A stretch of 39,885 nt of DNA from a virus (IMGVR_UViG_3300016471_000179:1-39885); one strand, 5' to 3'; positions 1 to 9,943 are shown, counted from the stretch's first letter. Numbers and translations are program-made. The notes: generated from the sequence alone by a model not told the origin.

Positions 1-133
1 ATGATGTTATGAATGTAATATAGAGATCAAGAGATTAATGAAAATATCATTAAATCTTATAAAGATAAACCTCTCATAAGAAATACAACTTCTAAAGCAG
101 GAACTTTAATCTCTTTTTTAGACGAATTACATT

Positions 134-541
134 ATGACCCCCTTTGACTTTATTACCGCAATTAATCAGAGTAAAGAAAATCTAATGGTCGGTTCTGACA
201 ATGATGAACTGGCCGAAAAGATATATGATCCGTTCATCGTAAACCGAGGATTATCATTCTTTTCTGATACAATTCTCTACGCAAATGAAATGAATCGTCT
301 TTGTCTTTTAGACAAAAAACCTCAATTCTTCTATTTACTAAATAATGTGAGACCACGAAAACGATATAGCAAGTGGTTAAAAAAAGAAAAAATTGAGAAA
401 GTGGATATCATTTCAGAATATTTTGGCTATAGCAAATCAAAATCTAAAGATATCATTAGCATTCTCACCGATGATCAAATAACAATTATAAAATCGAAAT
501 TAGAAAAAGGTGGTCCTTCTGCTAAGGAGAAGAAGAAATGA
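134..541 (+). CDS. 62: Clamp loader small subunit (T4 gp62-like)
   Basis: 135 aa with PFDF..AIN, Y.PFIVNRGLS, QF.YL.N.VR.RKRYSKW and EYFGYS motifs; directly upstream of regA as in T4-like phages. Confidence 0.9.
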   Translation: MTPFDFITAINQSKENLMVGSDNDELAEKIYDPFIVNRGLSFFSDTILYANEMNRLCLLDKKPQFFYLLNNVRPRKRYSKWLKKEKIEKVDIISEYFGYSKSKSKDIISILTDDQITIIKSKLEKGGPSAKEKKK

Positions 542-936
542 GCGTAGAAAGTTTGTTAGAGGTGACGCTAAAAGAAGAAGATGATTTTTTGAAAGTAAGA
601 GAAACTCTCACTCGCATTGGCGTAGCATCTAGAAAAGAAAAGAAATTATACCAATCTTGCCATATTTTACACAAGAAAGGCAAGTATTATATCGTGCATT
701 TTAAAGAATTATTTGCATTAGACGGCAAAACAACAGACTTTGATGATAATGATCTAGGAAGAAGAAATACAATTGCCAAGTTATTAGAAGAATGGGGTCT
801 CATCAAAATTGTTAATAAGGATGCGGTTGATGCACCTACCGCGCCTCTATCACAAATTAAGATTCTTTCTTATAACGAAAGAGATGATTGGGAATTAATT
901 ACTAAGTATAGCATTGGAACTAAAAAGAGAATATAA
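538..936 (+). CDS. regA: Translational repressor RegA
   Basis: DDFLKVRETLTRIGVAS...LYQSCHILHKKGKYYIVHFKELFALDG...RRNTIAKLLEEWGL matches T4 RegA. Confidence 0.97.
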   Translation: MSVESLLEVTLKEEDDFLKVRETLTRIGVASRKEKKLYQSCHILHKKGKYYIVHFKELFALDGKTTDFDDNDLGRRNTIAKLLEEWGLIKIVNKDAVDAPTAPLSQIKILSYNERDDWELITKYSIGTKKRI

Positions 937-1391
937 TGGAAGAACTTGTTCAGGCATTGAAAGTTGCATTGGCAACTTCGTACACTTATCAACTTAAAGC
1001 ACACTACTATCATTGGAATGTAGAAGGTTCTAATTTTCCACAATATCATCAATTTTTTGGTATGATTTATGAGGATGTAGATGGTAGCATTGATCAGTTT
1101 GCAGAAGAAATTCGCGCACTCGGTGCATACGCACCGGGAAGTTATGTTAGATTTTCAGAACTATCTTTGGTTACTGGAGATGAAACAATTCCTGACGGAA
1201 TTTCCATGGCAAATAGACTTTTGAGTGATACATATATTGTGATAGATCAATTGACGAAGGTTTATGATCTTGCCGAACAATTCAACAAATATGGACTGAG
1301 CGATTTTATTGCAGGTAGAATTGATATGTTTAATAAGTGGGCATGGCAGTTGAAATCGACAACTAAAGTATCAGTCTTGACAACAACATAA
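936..1391 (+). CDS. dps: Dps-family mini-ferritin / DNA protection protein
   Basis: HYYHWNVEG.NF..YH.FF...YE......D.FAEEIRALG ferroxidase-centre signature; C-terminal K.AWQL. Confidence 0.9.
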   Translation: MEELVQALKVALATSYTYQLKAHYYHWNVEGSNFPQYHQFFGMIYEDVDGSIDQFAEEIRALGAYAPGSYVRFSELSLVTGDETIPDGISMANRLLSDTYIVIDQLTKVYDLAEQFNKYGLSDFIAGRIDMFNKWAWQLKSTTKVSVLTTT

Positions 1392-1405
1392 CAATCTGCT
1401 ACAAT
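1377..1405 (+). promoter_or_regulatory. Sigma70-type early promoter
   Basis: TTGACA (1377-1382), 17 nt, TACAAT (1400-1405) with extended -10 TG; followed by hairpin GGTGAT..ATCACC (1412-1429). Confidence 0.7.
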
Positions 1406-1459
1406 AACCTTGGTGATGGTTGTATCACCTTTTATTATTAACTTGAATGGAGTAATACT

Positions 1460-1687
1460 ATGTCTTTTGTAAACACAACAAAAACTCAAGTCGAGTATCT
1501 TGTTTCTTATCTTCGCGGCACCAATCGTGGACTGAGCGCACCACAGGCTCGCGCATTGTTTGGTATTAAAAACCTTCGCGCAAGAATGTCTGATCTTCGC
1601 CGACTAGGTTTTAAGGTCCGTAAGGGTCTAAATACTGAAGGTCGCACTACTTATTTTGTATCTCGCCGCATGATTGGGCAGGCTTAA
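1460..1687 (+). CDS. Small basic winged helix-turn-helix protein
   Basis: 75 aa, LSAPQARALFGIKNLRARMSDLRRLGFKV pattern; GGAG SD upstream. Confidence 0.65.
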   Translation: MSFVNTTKTQVEYLVSYLRGTNRGLSAPQARALFGIKNLRARMSDLRRLGFKVRKGLNTEGRTTYFVSRRMIGQA

Positions 1688-1689
1688 GG

Positions 1690-1697
1690 TATAAATA
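1690..1697 (+). promoter_or_regulatory. T4-type late promoter
   Basis: TATAAATA in intergenic DNA upstream of the structured hsp20 leader. Confidence 0.7.
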
Positions 1698-1699
1698 AT

Positions 1700-1817
1700 C
1701 ATATCCCTTGGGACCCTTGGGATATGAACTAGGCTGGCATCCTAGTTAAATCTGCCGAATCGCTACGCCTTCGGGGTAGCATTTTAATTTTAACTCGCTT
1801 AATTAAGGAGAACTACT
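1700..1817 (+). promoter_or_regulatory. ROSE-like RNA thermometer in hsp20 5' UTR
   Basis: Four hairpins; the last (1794-1810, CTCGCTT-AATT-AAGGAG) pairs the U(U/C)GCU motif with the SD, leaving a bulged G. Confidence 0.7.
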
Positions 1818-2297
1818 ATGACATTTGTACCACAACTACCTTCTGCTCTTAAAGACTTTGACAAATTCTTTGTTGGATTCGATGACACATACAATCGTCT
1901 TGCTAAAATGCATGATGACTTGACTAAGAGCATTCCTAACTATCCTCCATACAATATCCGTAAGACTGGTGACAACACCTACTCTATCGAAATTGCTGTA
2001 GCAGGCTTTGCAAAGCAAGATATTGAAATCACATTTGAGGATAACAAACTTATCGTTACCGGCAATTCTACTGACGATGGCGATAACTTCCTTTTCAAAG
2101 GCATTGCAAATCGTGCATTCACTCGCACTTTTGCACTAGATGACAAAATTGAAATCAATGATGCATCTCTTGTAAATGGCATGTTGAAAATCGCTCTTGA
2201 GCGTATCATTCCAGAACACAAGAAGCCAAAGAAAATTGAAGTTAAAGAGGCCGAAGGAAAAACTTCAAAGCGTCAACTCTTGACTGAAGATTTGTAA
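1818..2297 (+). CDS. Small heat shock protein Hsp20 (IbpA-like)
   Basis: YPPYNI...Y.IEIAVAGF, GIANRAFTRTF.L, A.L.NGMLKI.LER.IPE.KKP.KIEV alpha-crystallin motifs. Confidence 0.96.
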   Translation: MTFVPQLPSALKDFDKFFVGFDDTYNRLAKMHDDLTKSIPNYPPYNIRKTGDNTYSIEIAVAGFAKQDIEITFEDNKLIVTGNSTDDGDNFLFKGIANRAFTRTFALDDKIEINDASLVNGMLKIALERIIPEHKKPKKIEVKEAEGKTSKRQLLTEDL

Positions 2298-2304
2298 TTA
2301 ATTT

Positions 2305-2323
2305 GGGGGCTTCGGCCCCCTTT
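2305..2323 (+). terminator. Rho-independent terminator with cUUCGg loop
   Basis: GGGGGC-TTCG-GCCCCC-TTT just after the hsp20 stop. Confidence 0.8.
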
Positions 2324-2338
2324 AAATTGGAGATGAAT

Positions 2339-2641
2339 ATGAGTAATATTAAATTATTTCATTTGACAACTGGTGAAGAAATTGTTGGCGATTTACAAGA
2401 AAGTGTAGATGAAACTTATACCATTAAAAATCCATGTGCAATTGGAATTGTACCAACGCATACAGGACAAGTTACATTGAACATGCAACCATGGTTATTG
2501 TTTTCTGATACAAAGTCTGTTACCATCAAAGATTCACACGTTTTATTTACTACTGGTGTTGACATTAAGATTCTAAACAAGTATAATGAGATATTTGGAT
2601 CAGGAATCGTAATTGCTCAACAATCACCGGTAGTTAGATGA
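2339..2641 (+). CDS. Conserved T4-like hypothetical protein (possible Sm-like fold) upstream of gp43
   Basis: KLFHLTTGEEIVG...IKNP..I...PW...Y..IFGSGIV; ATG 2339 follows GGAG (the track's 2303 start overlaps the terminator). Confidence 0.7.
   Translation: MSNIKLFHLTTGEEIVGDLQESVDETYTIKNPCAIGIVPTHTGQVTLNMQPWLLFSDTKSVTIKDSHVLFTTGVDIKILNKYNEIFGSGIVIAQQSPVVR
2559..2587 (+). promoter_or_regulatory. Sigma70 consensus promoter upstream of DNA polymerase
   Basis: TTGACA (2559-2564), 17 nt, TATAAT (2582-2587), 50 nt before the gp43A start. Confidence 0.75.
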
Positions 2642-4080
2642 AATTTTACACACACTTTACCAGACAAGGAAACTACATCCTAGAACGCGGCTATGAAAAT
2701 GGCAAGCGTTTTTCTAGGAAGGTAGAATACAATCCAACTCTTTTTGTTCCAGCAAAAGAAGAAACTGAATTTCGCACATTGGAAGGTTACTATGTGTCGC
2801 CCGTAGAGATGGGCACGATGCGTGATGCTGGCGAATTTGTTAAACGATATGAAGATGTGCAGAACTTTCCTATCTATGGTTCTACAAACTATCCTTATGT
2901 TTTCATCAACGAACAATATCCAGATGAAGTGCATTATGACAGAGAATTGATTCGCATTGCAAATCTTGATATCGAGGTTGGTTCAGAGAATGGCTTTCCA
3001 GAGCCAGACAAAGCAAGCGAACCAATTACTGCAATCACCATTGAAATGAATGGACACTTTCATGTGCTGGGATGTGGTGATTATAACAATACCAGAACCG
3101 ATGTGACATATATCAAATGTGAAGATGAATCAAAACTCATTCACAAATTTCTAGAACTATGGGAACGATTCAATATCGATATCGTCACTGGTTGGAACAT
3201 TCAATTTTTTGATATCCCGTATATCTACAATCGCATCATGCGTCTGATGGGCGAGAGTGCGGCAAAACGCCTTTCTCCGTATAAACTCATTGGCGAAAGA
3301 ACGACTACAATTCACAACAAACAACAGACCGCATTTGATCTAGTTGGCATATCCATTCTAGATTACTTGGAACTGTACAAGAAATTTACTTACTCGCAAC
3401 AAGAATCATTTCGCCTGGATCACATCGCATACATTGAACTAGGCGAAAAGAAGTTAGGCTATTCTGAATATGAAACCCTGCATCAACTGTATAAACTCGA
3501 CTATCAAAAATTTATTGACTATAACATCAAAGATGTGGAACTTGTCGGCCGCCTCGATGAAAAAATGAAATTCATTGACATGGTACTTGCACTCGCATAT
3601 GATGCAAAGGTAAATCTCACCGATGTGTTTACGCAAGTACGCATGTGGGATACATTGACGCACAATGCATTGTGGAAGAAAAGCATTGTCGTTCCGCAAA
3701 AGAAAAGCACCAGCAAGAATGAAAAGTATGAGGGTGCGTATGTTAAAGAACCTAAACCCGGCAAGTATGATTGGGTGGTTTCGTTCGACTTGAACAGTTT
3801 GTATCCACATTTGATCATGCAATACAATGTTTCACCTGAAACAATTGTCAATGGTAAACATGCTAATGTAACTATTGAAGATTTGCTGAACAGAAAATAT
3901 GAACAGAATAGCGAATATGTTATGGCTGCCAATGGTCACTACTTCCGTAAAGATGTGCAAGGCTTTCTGCCTGAGATGATGCAAAGAATGTATGATGATC
4001 GTGTTCTATATAAAAAGAAGATGATTGAAGCACAGAAAGAACTAGAGAAAGTGAATGCACAGTTAAAGGATTTAAAATGA
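2638..4080 (+). CDS. 43: Family B DNA polymerase, N-terminal part (gp43A: exonuclease, palm motif A, first fingers helix)
   Basis: ExoI DIEV, ExoII TGWNIQFFDIPY, ExoIII YNIKDV, motif A SFDLNSLYPH; ends in the fingers region. Confidence 0.95.
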   Translation: MKFYTHFTRQGNYILERGYENGKRFSRKVEYNPTLFVPAKEETEFRTLEGYYVSPVEMGTMRDAGEFVKRYEDVQNFPIYGSTNYPYVFINEQYPDEVHYDRELIRIANLDIEVGSENGFPEPDKASEPITAITIEMNGHFHVLGCGDYNNTRTDVTYIKCEDESKLIHKFLELWERFNIDIVTGWNIQFFDIPYIYNRIMRLMGESAAKRLSPYKLIGERTTTIHNKQQTAFDLVGISILDYLELYKKFTYSQQESFRLDHIAYIELGEKKLGYSEYETLHQLYKLDYQKFIDYNIKDVELVGRLDEKMKFIDMVLALAYDAKVNLTDVFTQVRMWDTLTHNALWKKSIVVPQKKSTSKNEKYEGAYVKEPKPGKYDWVVSFDLNSLYPHLIMQYNVSPETIVNGKHANVTIEDLLNRKYEQNSEYVMAANGHYFRKDVQGFLPEMMQRMYDDRVLYKKKMIEAQKELEKVNAQLKDLK

Positions 4081-4592
4081 TACAAGAATACGAAGGGGTT
4101 TTACCACCAGAGTTTTGTGAGCATTTGATTCATCGTTTTGATGCCGAAGAGAAAAAAGATCAAAGTCATGATATGTTCATTCAATTAGAGATTGGTCAAT
4201 GGCAAGATGAATGCGAAGGTTTGATTGATGTTGTAAAGCGTATAGGAGAACACTATAGCGCACAATACGATCCGTACAGAATGATGCCACAACGCAGACG
4301 CATAGAAGGCTTTCGCATCAAACGATATGAACCAAACAAGCATAGTTTTCCTTTACATGCTGATGCATCAAGTGCAGAATCATGCACACGGTATCTTGCA
4401 TTCTTATGCTATCTAAACGATAGCGAAGCAGGCACTAAATTTTACATGCCAAAGAATGTGGGCGATTTGACAATTGAAGCGAAACAAGGTAAAATGTTAG
4501 TGTTTCCTCCTATGTGGATGTTTCCGCATGAGGGAATTATGCCAACTGAAAAACGAAAATATATTTTAAGCACATACTTTCATTATGTCTGA
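4077..4592 (+). CDS. 2OG-Fe(II) oxygenase (prolyl-hydroxylase-like)
   Basis: H.D (HAD), YLND...GT.F, G.MLVFPP.W.FPH.G...KY.L pattern. Confidence 0.88.
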   Translation: MIQEYEGVLPPEFCEHLIHRFDAEEKKDQSHDMFIQLEIGQWQDECEGLIDVVKRIGEHYSAQYDPYRMMPQRRRIEGFRIKRYEPNKHSFPLHADASSAESCTRYLAFLCYLNDSEAGTKFYMPKNVGDLTIEAKQGKMLVFPPMWMFPHEGIMPTEKRKYILSTYFHYV

Positions 4593-5676
4593 AAAAACAG
4601 AATTACTTAAACAAAAGAAGCAACTAGAAAATCAAATTTCTAGATACAAGAACCTTCAACTTGCAAAGAAGGTTCAATTGAATTCCGCTTATGGTGCGTT
4701 GGGCAACGAGTACTTTAGATTCTTTGACCTGCGACAAGCAGAGGCAATTACATTTTCTGGTCAACTTTCAATTCGTTGGATTGGTGAACAGTTGAATAGA
4801 TATATGAATAGATTATTGAAAACACAGGATGTTGATTATGTCATTGCGTCAGATACGGATTCTGTATACCTTCATCTTGGTCCGTTGGTTGATATGGTCT
4901 ACGGATCGAAGAATATCAAAGAAGAGAAAATTGTTGATTTCATCGACAAGGCCTGCGCGGAAAAGATTGAACCTTTTATCGACAAGGCGTATGAAGAACT
5001 TGCAAACTACATGAATGCATATGATCAAAAGATGTTTATGAAACGTGAGGTCATTGCAAACACGGGTATTTGGACTGCCAAGAAGAGATACATTCTCAAT
5101 GTGTGGGACTCTGAAGGCGTTCGTTATAATGAACCTAAACTCAAAATGTCTGGCATTGAAGCGGTAAAATCTTCCACACCAGGATCATGTAGAGAGAAAA
5201 TTAAAGAGGCATTAAAGGTTGTTATGAAAGGTACAGAGGCAGAGTTTCATGCATTCAATCAAGCATTCAAAGATGAATTTTCAAAGTTACCATTTGAAGA
5301 TGTAGCATTTCCAAGAGGTGTTTCTGAACTCACTAAATATGAAAGTAAGTCTGATGTCTATCAGAAAGGCACACCGATTCATGTTCGTGGTGCAGTGATA
5401 TATAATAAACTACTTACAGATAGAAAGTTAACCAAAAAATATCAGGCAATCAAAGACGGTGATAAGATTAAGTTTTGCTATATGAAAATGCCTAATCCTA
5501 CACATGAGAATGTGTTATCCGTTTTAAATGTTCTACCAAAAGAATTTAATCTGGAGAAGTATATCGACTACGATACACAATTTGAAAAGGCATATCTAGA
5601 ACCATTGAAAATTATTGTGAACACTTTTGGTTGGAGTGCCGAACCAGTTGCATCACTAAGAGGATTTTTCACATGA
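4585..5676 (+). CDS. 43: Family B DNA polymerase, C-terminal part (gp43B)
   Basis: Motif B KVQLNSAYGALG, motif C SDTDSVY, KKRY, C-terminal clamp-binding-like SLRGFF. Confidence 0.95.
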   Translation: MSEKTELLKQKKQLENQISRYKNLQLAKKVQLNSAYGALGNEYFRFFDLRQAEAITFSGQLSIRWIGEQLNRYMNRLLKTQDVDYVIASDTDSVYLHLGPLVDMVYGSKNIKEEKIVDFIDKACAEKIEPFIDKAYEELANYMNAYDQKMFMKREVIANTGIWTAKKRYILNVWDSEGVRYNEPKLKMSGIEAVKSSTPGSCREKIKEALKVVMKGTEAEFHAFNQAFKDEFSKLPFEDVAFPRGVSELTKYESKSDVYQKGTPIHVRGAVIYNKLLTDRKLTKKYQAIKDGDKIKFCYMKMPNPTHENVLSVLNVLPKEFNLEKYIDYDTQFEKAYLEPLKIIVNTFGWSAEPVASLRGFFT

Positions 5677-6071
5677 ATACTATACCACAAGAGTATTTAA
5701 TTCCAAGATCACAGGAAGATTTTGGATTCACCGCAATCGATGAAAGCGAACTTACACCCACATACGATCCAAATACATTTGAGACAGAAGTTATTAGAGA
5801 AACAGTTGGCGCATCCGCAGAAGGAATCGCTAGACTGGAAAATAAAATAGACACCATTTTAAATTTGTATAACGATAACAAGTTAGGACTTGATGCAGAA
5901 AGAGTTAAACTGCAACAAGAATCGGGCGCAAAACTCAAGTCTCTAGAAGAATTAATTGTGCCTTTGCTAGTTAATCTAATGAAAAATCCTGAAAAAGAAT
6001 ACATTTATTGGCCAAATCGCAAAGATAAAATTCAAGAGCAAATCAATAAAGTATTAGCACTAACACGATGA
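5673..6071 (+). CDS. Hypothetical protein (conserved T4-like)
   Basis: DFGFTAIDE...PLLVNLMKNPEKEYIYWPNR; ATGA overlap with the gp43B stop. Confidence 0.65.
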   Translation: MNTIPQEYLIPRSQEDFGFTAIDESELTPTYDPNTFETEVIRETVGASAEGIARLENKIDTILNLYNDNKLGLDAERVKLQQESGAKLKSLEELIVPLLVNLMKNPEKEYIYWPNRKDKIQEQINKVLALTR

Positions 6072-6811
6072 TGTTCGCGATTCTATTATTCATTGCCGCC
6101 ATAGGCATATCTGCGGTAGCGGCATACTTTTCCATTGTGGGTTTAGTCTCAATTTTTACTGCAAGTCCTATCGCAATTGCAATCATGGGAGGTTCACTTG
6201 AACTGGGCAAACTTGTTACGGCATCTTTTCTCTATCGTTATTGGCACAGTATTCACATTACTCTCCGGGTTTATTTCACTGCTACTGTTATCATTCTTAG
6301 TGTCATTACTAGTCTTGGCATTTTTGGTTATTTGTCCCAGTCTCATTCTGGTTCAGGTGTGGATTATGTTACCAATTCTACAAGAATCGACAACCTTAAC
6401 GAGAGACTTTCTATTGAAAAAAATAGACTGGAGATTCTACTTAAGCAATCTGCTGGATATGCTCAACCCAATCAGAAATTGGAGAGACAGATTTCAGATA
6501 CGCAGAATAAGATTGAGAATTTAACCAAAGAAATTCTACCACTCAAAGTAGAAAAGAATAAAGGCAATGCTGAAATTGGTGCAATTAGATATGTTGCTGA
6601 GTTGATTTATGGTAAGAATGATTTTGACACAATCGAAAAGGCTGTACAACTGATCATAATTGTGTTAATATGTGTGTTTGACCCACTTGCAATTTTGCTT
6701 TTAGTTGCGGCGAATCATACTTATAAAATTCATAAGTCTGGTGTTACAACGGTAGAACCAATTGCAATGGATGAAGAAAAACTTAAAAATGTTACAAAAT
6801 TTGGAGATTAA
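6068..6811 (+). CDS. Multi-pass membrane protein with coiled-coil loop
   Basis: Three N-terminal hydrophobic helices, a heptad region, then C-terminal [12 protein letters not shown]. Confidence 0.7.
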   Translation: MMFAILLFIAAIGISAVAAYFSIVGLVSIFTASPIAIAIMGGSLELGKLVTASFLYRYWHSIHITLRVYFTATVIILSVITSLGIFGYLSQSHSGSGVDYVTNSTRIDNLNERLSIEKNRLEILLKQSAGYAQPNQKLERQISDTQNKIENLTKEILPLKVEKNKGNAEIGAIRYVAELIYGKNDFDTIEKAVQLIIIVLICVFDPLAILLLVAANHTYKIHKSGVTTVEPIAMDEEKLKNVTKFGD

Positions 6812-6813
6812 TT

Positions 6814-7875
6814 ATGGGTAGTTTTTTTAATGATTTAGTGGAGCAGTTAAAGGATGAAGACACTAAAATTTTGGCTGACGGTGGCGCTTCTGCTGAATTT
6901 AGCGGTTGCATTGATACTGGCTCATACGCTCTCAACGCTTTGCTTAGTGGAAGTATATACGGCGGAGTGCCAAACAATAAAGTCACCGCCTTTGCAGGTG
7001 AATCGGCAACAGGTAAAACATTCTTTGTGCTTGGAATCGTCAAGCAGTTTTTAGAAGCAAATCCAGAAGGTGGCGTTATCTATTTTGATACTGAAGCCGC
7101 AGTTACAAAATCTATGATGGAACAAAGAGGCGTAGATACTAAACGAGTTGTCATCTCTGAACCTGATACAATTCAAAAGTTTCGCCACACCGCATTACAG
7201 ATCATTGAAAAATATTCTGCACAATCAGAAGCAAAGCGCAAGCCAATGATGATGGTTCTAGATTCTCTTGGGCAGTTGTCTTCCACAAAAGAAATTGAAG
7301 ATACCGCAGAGGGTAAAGAAACCAAAGACATGACGAAGGCTTCTATTCTCAAAGCAACCTTTCGAGTACTCAATCTGAAACTTGCAAAGATTGGTGTGCC
7401 GTTGCTTGTGACTAATCATGTGTACGATGTGGTTGGTGCATACATTCCAACAAAAGAAATGTCTGGTGGTTCTGGTCTTAAGTACACCGCATCAACAATT
7501 GTATTCTTGTCAAAGAAGAAAGATAAAGATGGCACCGAAGTAATTGGTAACATCGTCAAAGGCAAACTTGTCAAATCTCGCCTCACAAAAGAAAACTCTC
7601 AAGTTGAAGTAAAAATTACTTATAGCACGGGTCTTGATCGTTACTATGGTTTGCTTGACATTGCAGAAAAGTATGATATAATCAAGAAAGTATCTACAAG
7701 ATACGAATTGCCTGATGGTTCAAAAGTTTTCGGTAAGGCAATCAACGAAGAACCTGAGAAATATTTTACAAAAGAGGTCCTTGATGCAATCGATGAAGCA
7801 TGTAAAAGAGAATTCTTATATGGACAAGATAGTATTGGATCCTCTACTGAAGAACCTTTGGAGGAAGAAGCATGA
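6814..7875 (+). CDS. uvsX: UvsX RecA-like recombinase
   Basis: Walker [24 protein letters not shown]. Confidence 0.95.
   Translation: MGSFFNDLVEQLKDEDTKILADGGASAEFSGCIDTGSYALNALLSGSIYGGVPNNKVTAFAGESATGKTFFVLGIVKQFLEANPEGGVIYFDTEAAVTKSMMEQRGVDTKRVVISEPDTIQKFRHTALQIIEKYSAQSEAKRKPMMMVLDSLGQLSSTKEIEDTAEGKETKDMTKASILKATFRVLNLKLAKIGVPLLVTNHVYDVVGAYIPTKEMSGGSGLKYTASTIVFLSKKKDKDGTEVIGNIVKGKLVKSRLTKENSQVEVKITYSTGLDRYYGLLDIAEKYDIIKKVSTRYELPDGSKVFGKAINEEPEKYFTKEVLDAIDEACKREFLYGQDSIGSSTEEPLEEEA
7655..7682 (+). promoter_or_regulatory. Candidate internal sigma70 promoter for gp40/gp41
   Basis: TTGACA, 16 nt, TATAAT with extended TG; lies inside uvsX. Confidence 0.4.
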
Positions 7876-8204
7876 AATATGGAGTGGATTATAGAATTAC
7901 TGATAGACTTTATACATACAAAAAAGAGCATGATTTAGCAAGCATTGAAATTCTTACGGGTAATTATAAAGATACAGAATTTACCTTTGGTTCAATCAAT
8001 GTCAAAGAAGATGAAGAAGAAAATACTGCATCAATTTCATTTGACTACACAGTACATAATGATCCATCACTAGAAGGTAATCAAGAATTCGAAGAAGTAT
8101 TAGGACTAGTCATGAACTCACTTTTAGAACATAGTCTAAGCGAGGCAGAGAAACAATATAATGATGAACGTAGAAAAGAAAATACTGAAACACCTACTGA
8201 ATGA
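7872..8204 (+). CDS. Acidic protein, probable gp40 head vertex assembly chaperone
   Basis: 110 aa between uvsX and gp41, the position of T4 gene 40; synteny only. Confidence 0.5.
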   Translation: MKYGVDYRITDRLYTYKKEHDLASIEILTGNYKDTEFTFGSINVKEDEEENTASISFDYTVHNDPSLEGNQEFEEVLGLVMNSLLEHSLSEAEKQYNDERRKENTETPTE

Positions 8205-9573
8205 TGATGAGTATACTCGAAAGATTCTTCCGTTCCTTTCTGGTGATTACTTTTCAGATCATTCTGAAAAAACTGTATATGAAGAAATTCGTGATTACAT
8301 AACCAAATACAATAGTCTTCCAACGCATGAAGCAATTGTAATTGAAGTTGACAAGCGCACAAACCTATCTGGCGATCAACATAAGAAAGTTTCAAGTTTA
8401 CTAATCGAACTCAACACCTCAGAGTTTGACAAAAAAGACACCGCATGGCTTGTTGATCAAACAGAAAAATTTTGCCAAGAGAAAGCAATTTATAATGCTA
8501 TCATGGAATCAATTCAAATTCTAGATCATAATGGAAAGAGTAAATATGACAAAGGCGCAATACCTACTATTCTATCTGATGCACTTGCCGTTTCTTTTGA
8601 TAACCATGTTGGCCATGATTTTCTTGATGATGCATCGAATCGGTATGATTTCTATCATAAAGTTGAGAAGCGCATACCTTTCGATCTCGACTACCTTAAC
8701 AGGATTACAAAAGGTGGACTCCCAGAGAAAACACTAAACATCATTCTTGCGGGCACTGGTGTAGGCAAATCGATGTTCATGTGTCATTGTGCCGCATCAA
8801 ATTTATCTTTGGGCAAAAATGTACTGTACATTACACTTGAAATGGCCGAAGAGAGAATTGCAGAACGTATTGATGCGAATCTTTTGAATGTTGACATTGA
8901 TAAACTTATTTCATTACCTAAAGATTCATACATAAAAAAGATTGAAAAACTAAAAGAAAAAACGCTAGGTCGTTTAATCATCAAAGAATATCCGACCGCA
9001 AGCGCGAATGTAACTCACTTCAAACATTTGCTTAACGAACTTAAACTGAAGAGACAATTTGTTCCTGATATCATCTATATCGATTACTTGAATATTTGTG
9101 CATCGGCTAGAATGCGTCATGGTGGCAATGTCAATTCATATTCTTACATTAAGGCAATTGCAGAGGAGTTGCGTGGGCTTGCGGTCGAATATAAAGTGCC
9201 TGTTATTTCTGCTACACAAACAACCCGCGGTGGTTACTCCAACTCCGATGTTGAAATTACAGACACTTCAGAATCGTTTGGTCTGCCTGCAACCGCAGAC
9301 TTTATGATTGCTCTAATTACTACTGAAGAACTTGCTGATTTGAATCAGATACTTGTTAAGCAGTTGAAGAATCGTTATAGCAATCCAGATACAAACAAAC
9401 GATTTGTAATTGGCGTTGATAAAGCAAAGATGAAACTGTATGATTGTGAACAATCTGCACAGAATCATATTCATGATAGTGGGCAACCTTTAGAAGAAGA
9501 CAAACCACTTTTCGATAAATCAGACTTCGGAAGAAGAGACAAACAACGAAAATTTGAGGGGTTTAAAGTATGA
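8161..9573 (+). CDS. 41: Replicative DNA helicase (gp41, DnaB-like)
   Basis: Walker A AGTGVGKS, ITLEMAEE, IYIDYLNI, SATQTTR, SESFGLPATAD, KQLKNRY. Confidence 0.96.
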   Translation: MMNVEKKILKHLLNDDEYTRKILPFLSGDYFSDHSEKTVYEEIRDYITKYNSLPTHEAIVIEVDKRTNLSGDQHKKVSSLLIELNTSEFDKKDTAWLVDQTEKFCQEKAIYNAIMESIQILDHNGKSKYDKGAIPTILSDALAVSFDNHVGHDFLDDASNRYDFYHKVEKRIPFDLDYLNRITKGGLPEKTLNIILAGTGVGKSMFMCHCAASNLSLGKNVLYITLEMAEERIAERIDANLLNVDIDKLISLPKDSYIKKIEKLKEKTLGRLIIKEYPTASANVTHFKHLLNELKLKRQFVPDIIYIDYLNICASARMRHGGNVNSYSYIKAIAEELRGLAVEYKVPVISATQTTRGGYSNSDVEITDTSESFGLPATADFMIALITTEELADLNQILVKQLKNRYSNPDTNKRFVIGVDKAKMKLYDCEQSAQNHIHDSGQPLEEDKPLFDKSDFGRRDKQRKFEGFKV

Positions 9574-9914
9574 AATTTACTTTAATTGGCGAAGACTATG
9601 TTAACGGTGACAAAACTACCGTAGAATTTACTGCCGCAGATATTAATATCGTCTTGTCAAAGATGAAAGAATTTCTTTTGGGATGCGGATATGAGTGTAG
9701 GCCTGGCAATCTAGATTTTGTAGATAAGCAAATTTTAGATACACATCTACATTTTGGATACAATGGAACTATGGCAGGAGATTTTCCTCCTAGTTTATCC
9801 GAAACAATTAACCTAGGCAATTATGGCGCGGGCCAACCTGTATACGGTTTTTACAATACTGACGAAATTAGATTATCTTGGTCAGACGATTTAACTTTTA
9901 AAATGCATAAATAG
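9570..9914 (+). CDS. Hypothetical protein
   Basis: 114 aa ORF with ATGA overlap; TVEF.A......L....EFL.GCGY. Confidence 0.6.
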   Translation: MKFTLIGEDYVNGDKTTVEFTAADINIVLSKMKEFLLGCGYECRPGNLDFVDKQILDTHLHFGYNGTMAGDFPPSLSETINLGNYGAGQPVYGFYNTDEIRLSWSDDLTFKMHK

Positions 9915-9943
9915 TAGGTAAAATCTTACTATAGGGGTATAAA

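Noticed and set aside
1-133. Expected 3' end of the gp44 clamp loader large subunit
   Set aside because: All three forward frames contain stops within the first ~25 nt and no gp44 motif is recognisable, so it is left unannotated.
4077-4592. Group I intron or intein interrupting gp43
   Set aside because: The insert is fully occupied by an oxygenase ORF overlapping both halves; there is no non-coding ribozyme sequence, no intein terminal motifs and no homing endonuclease.
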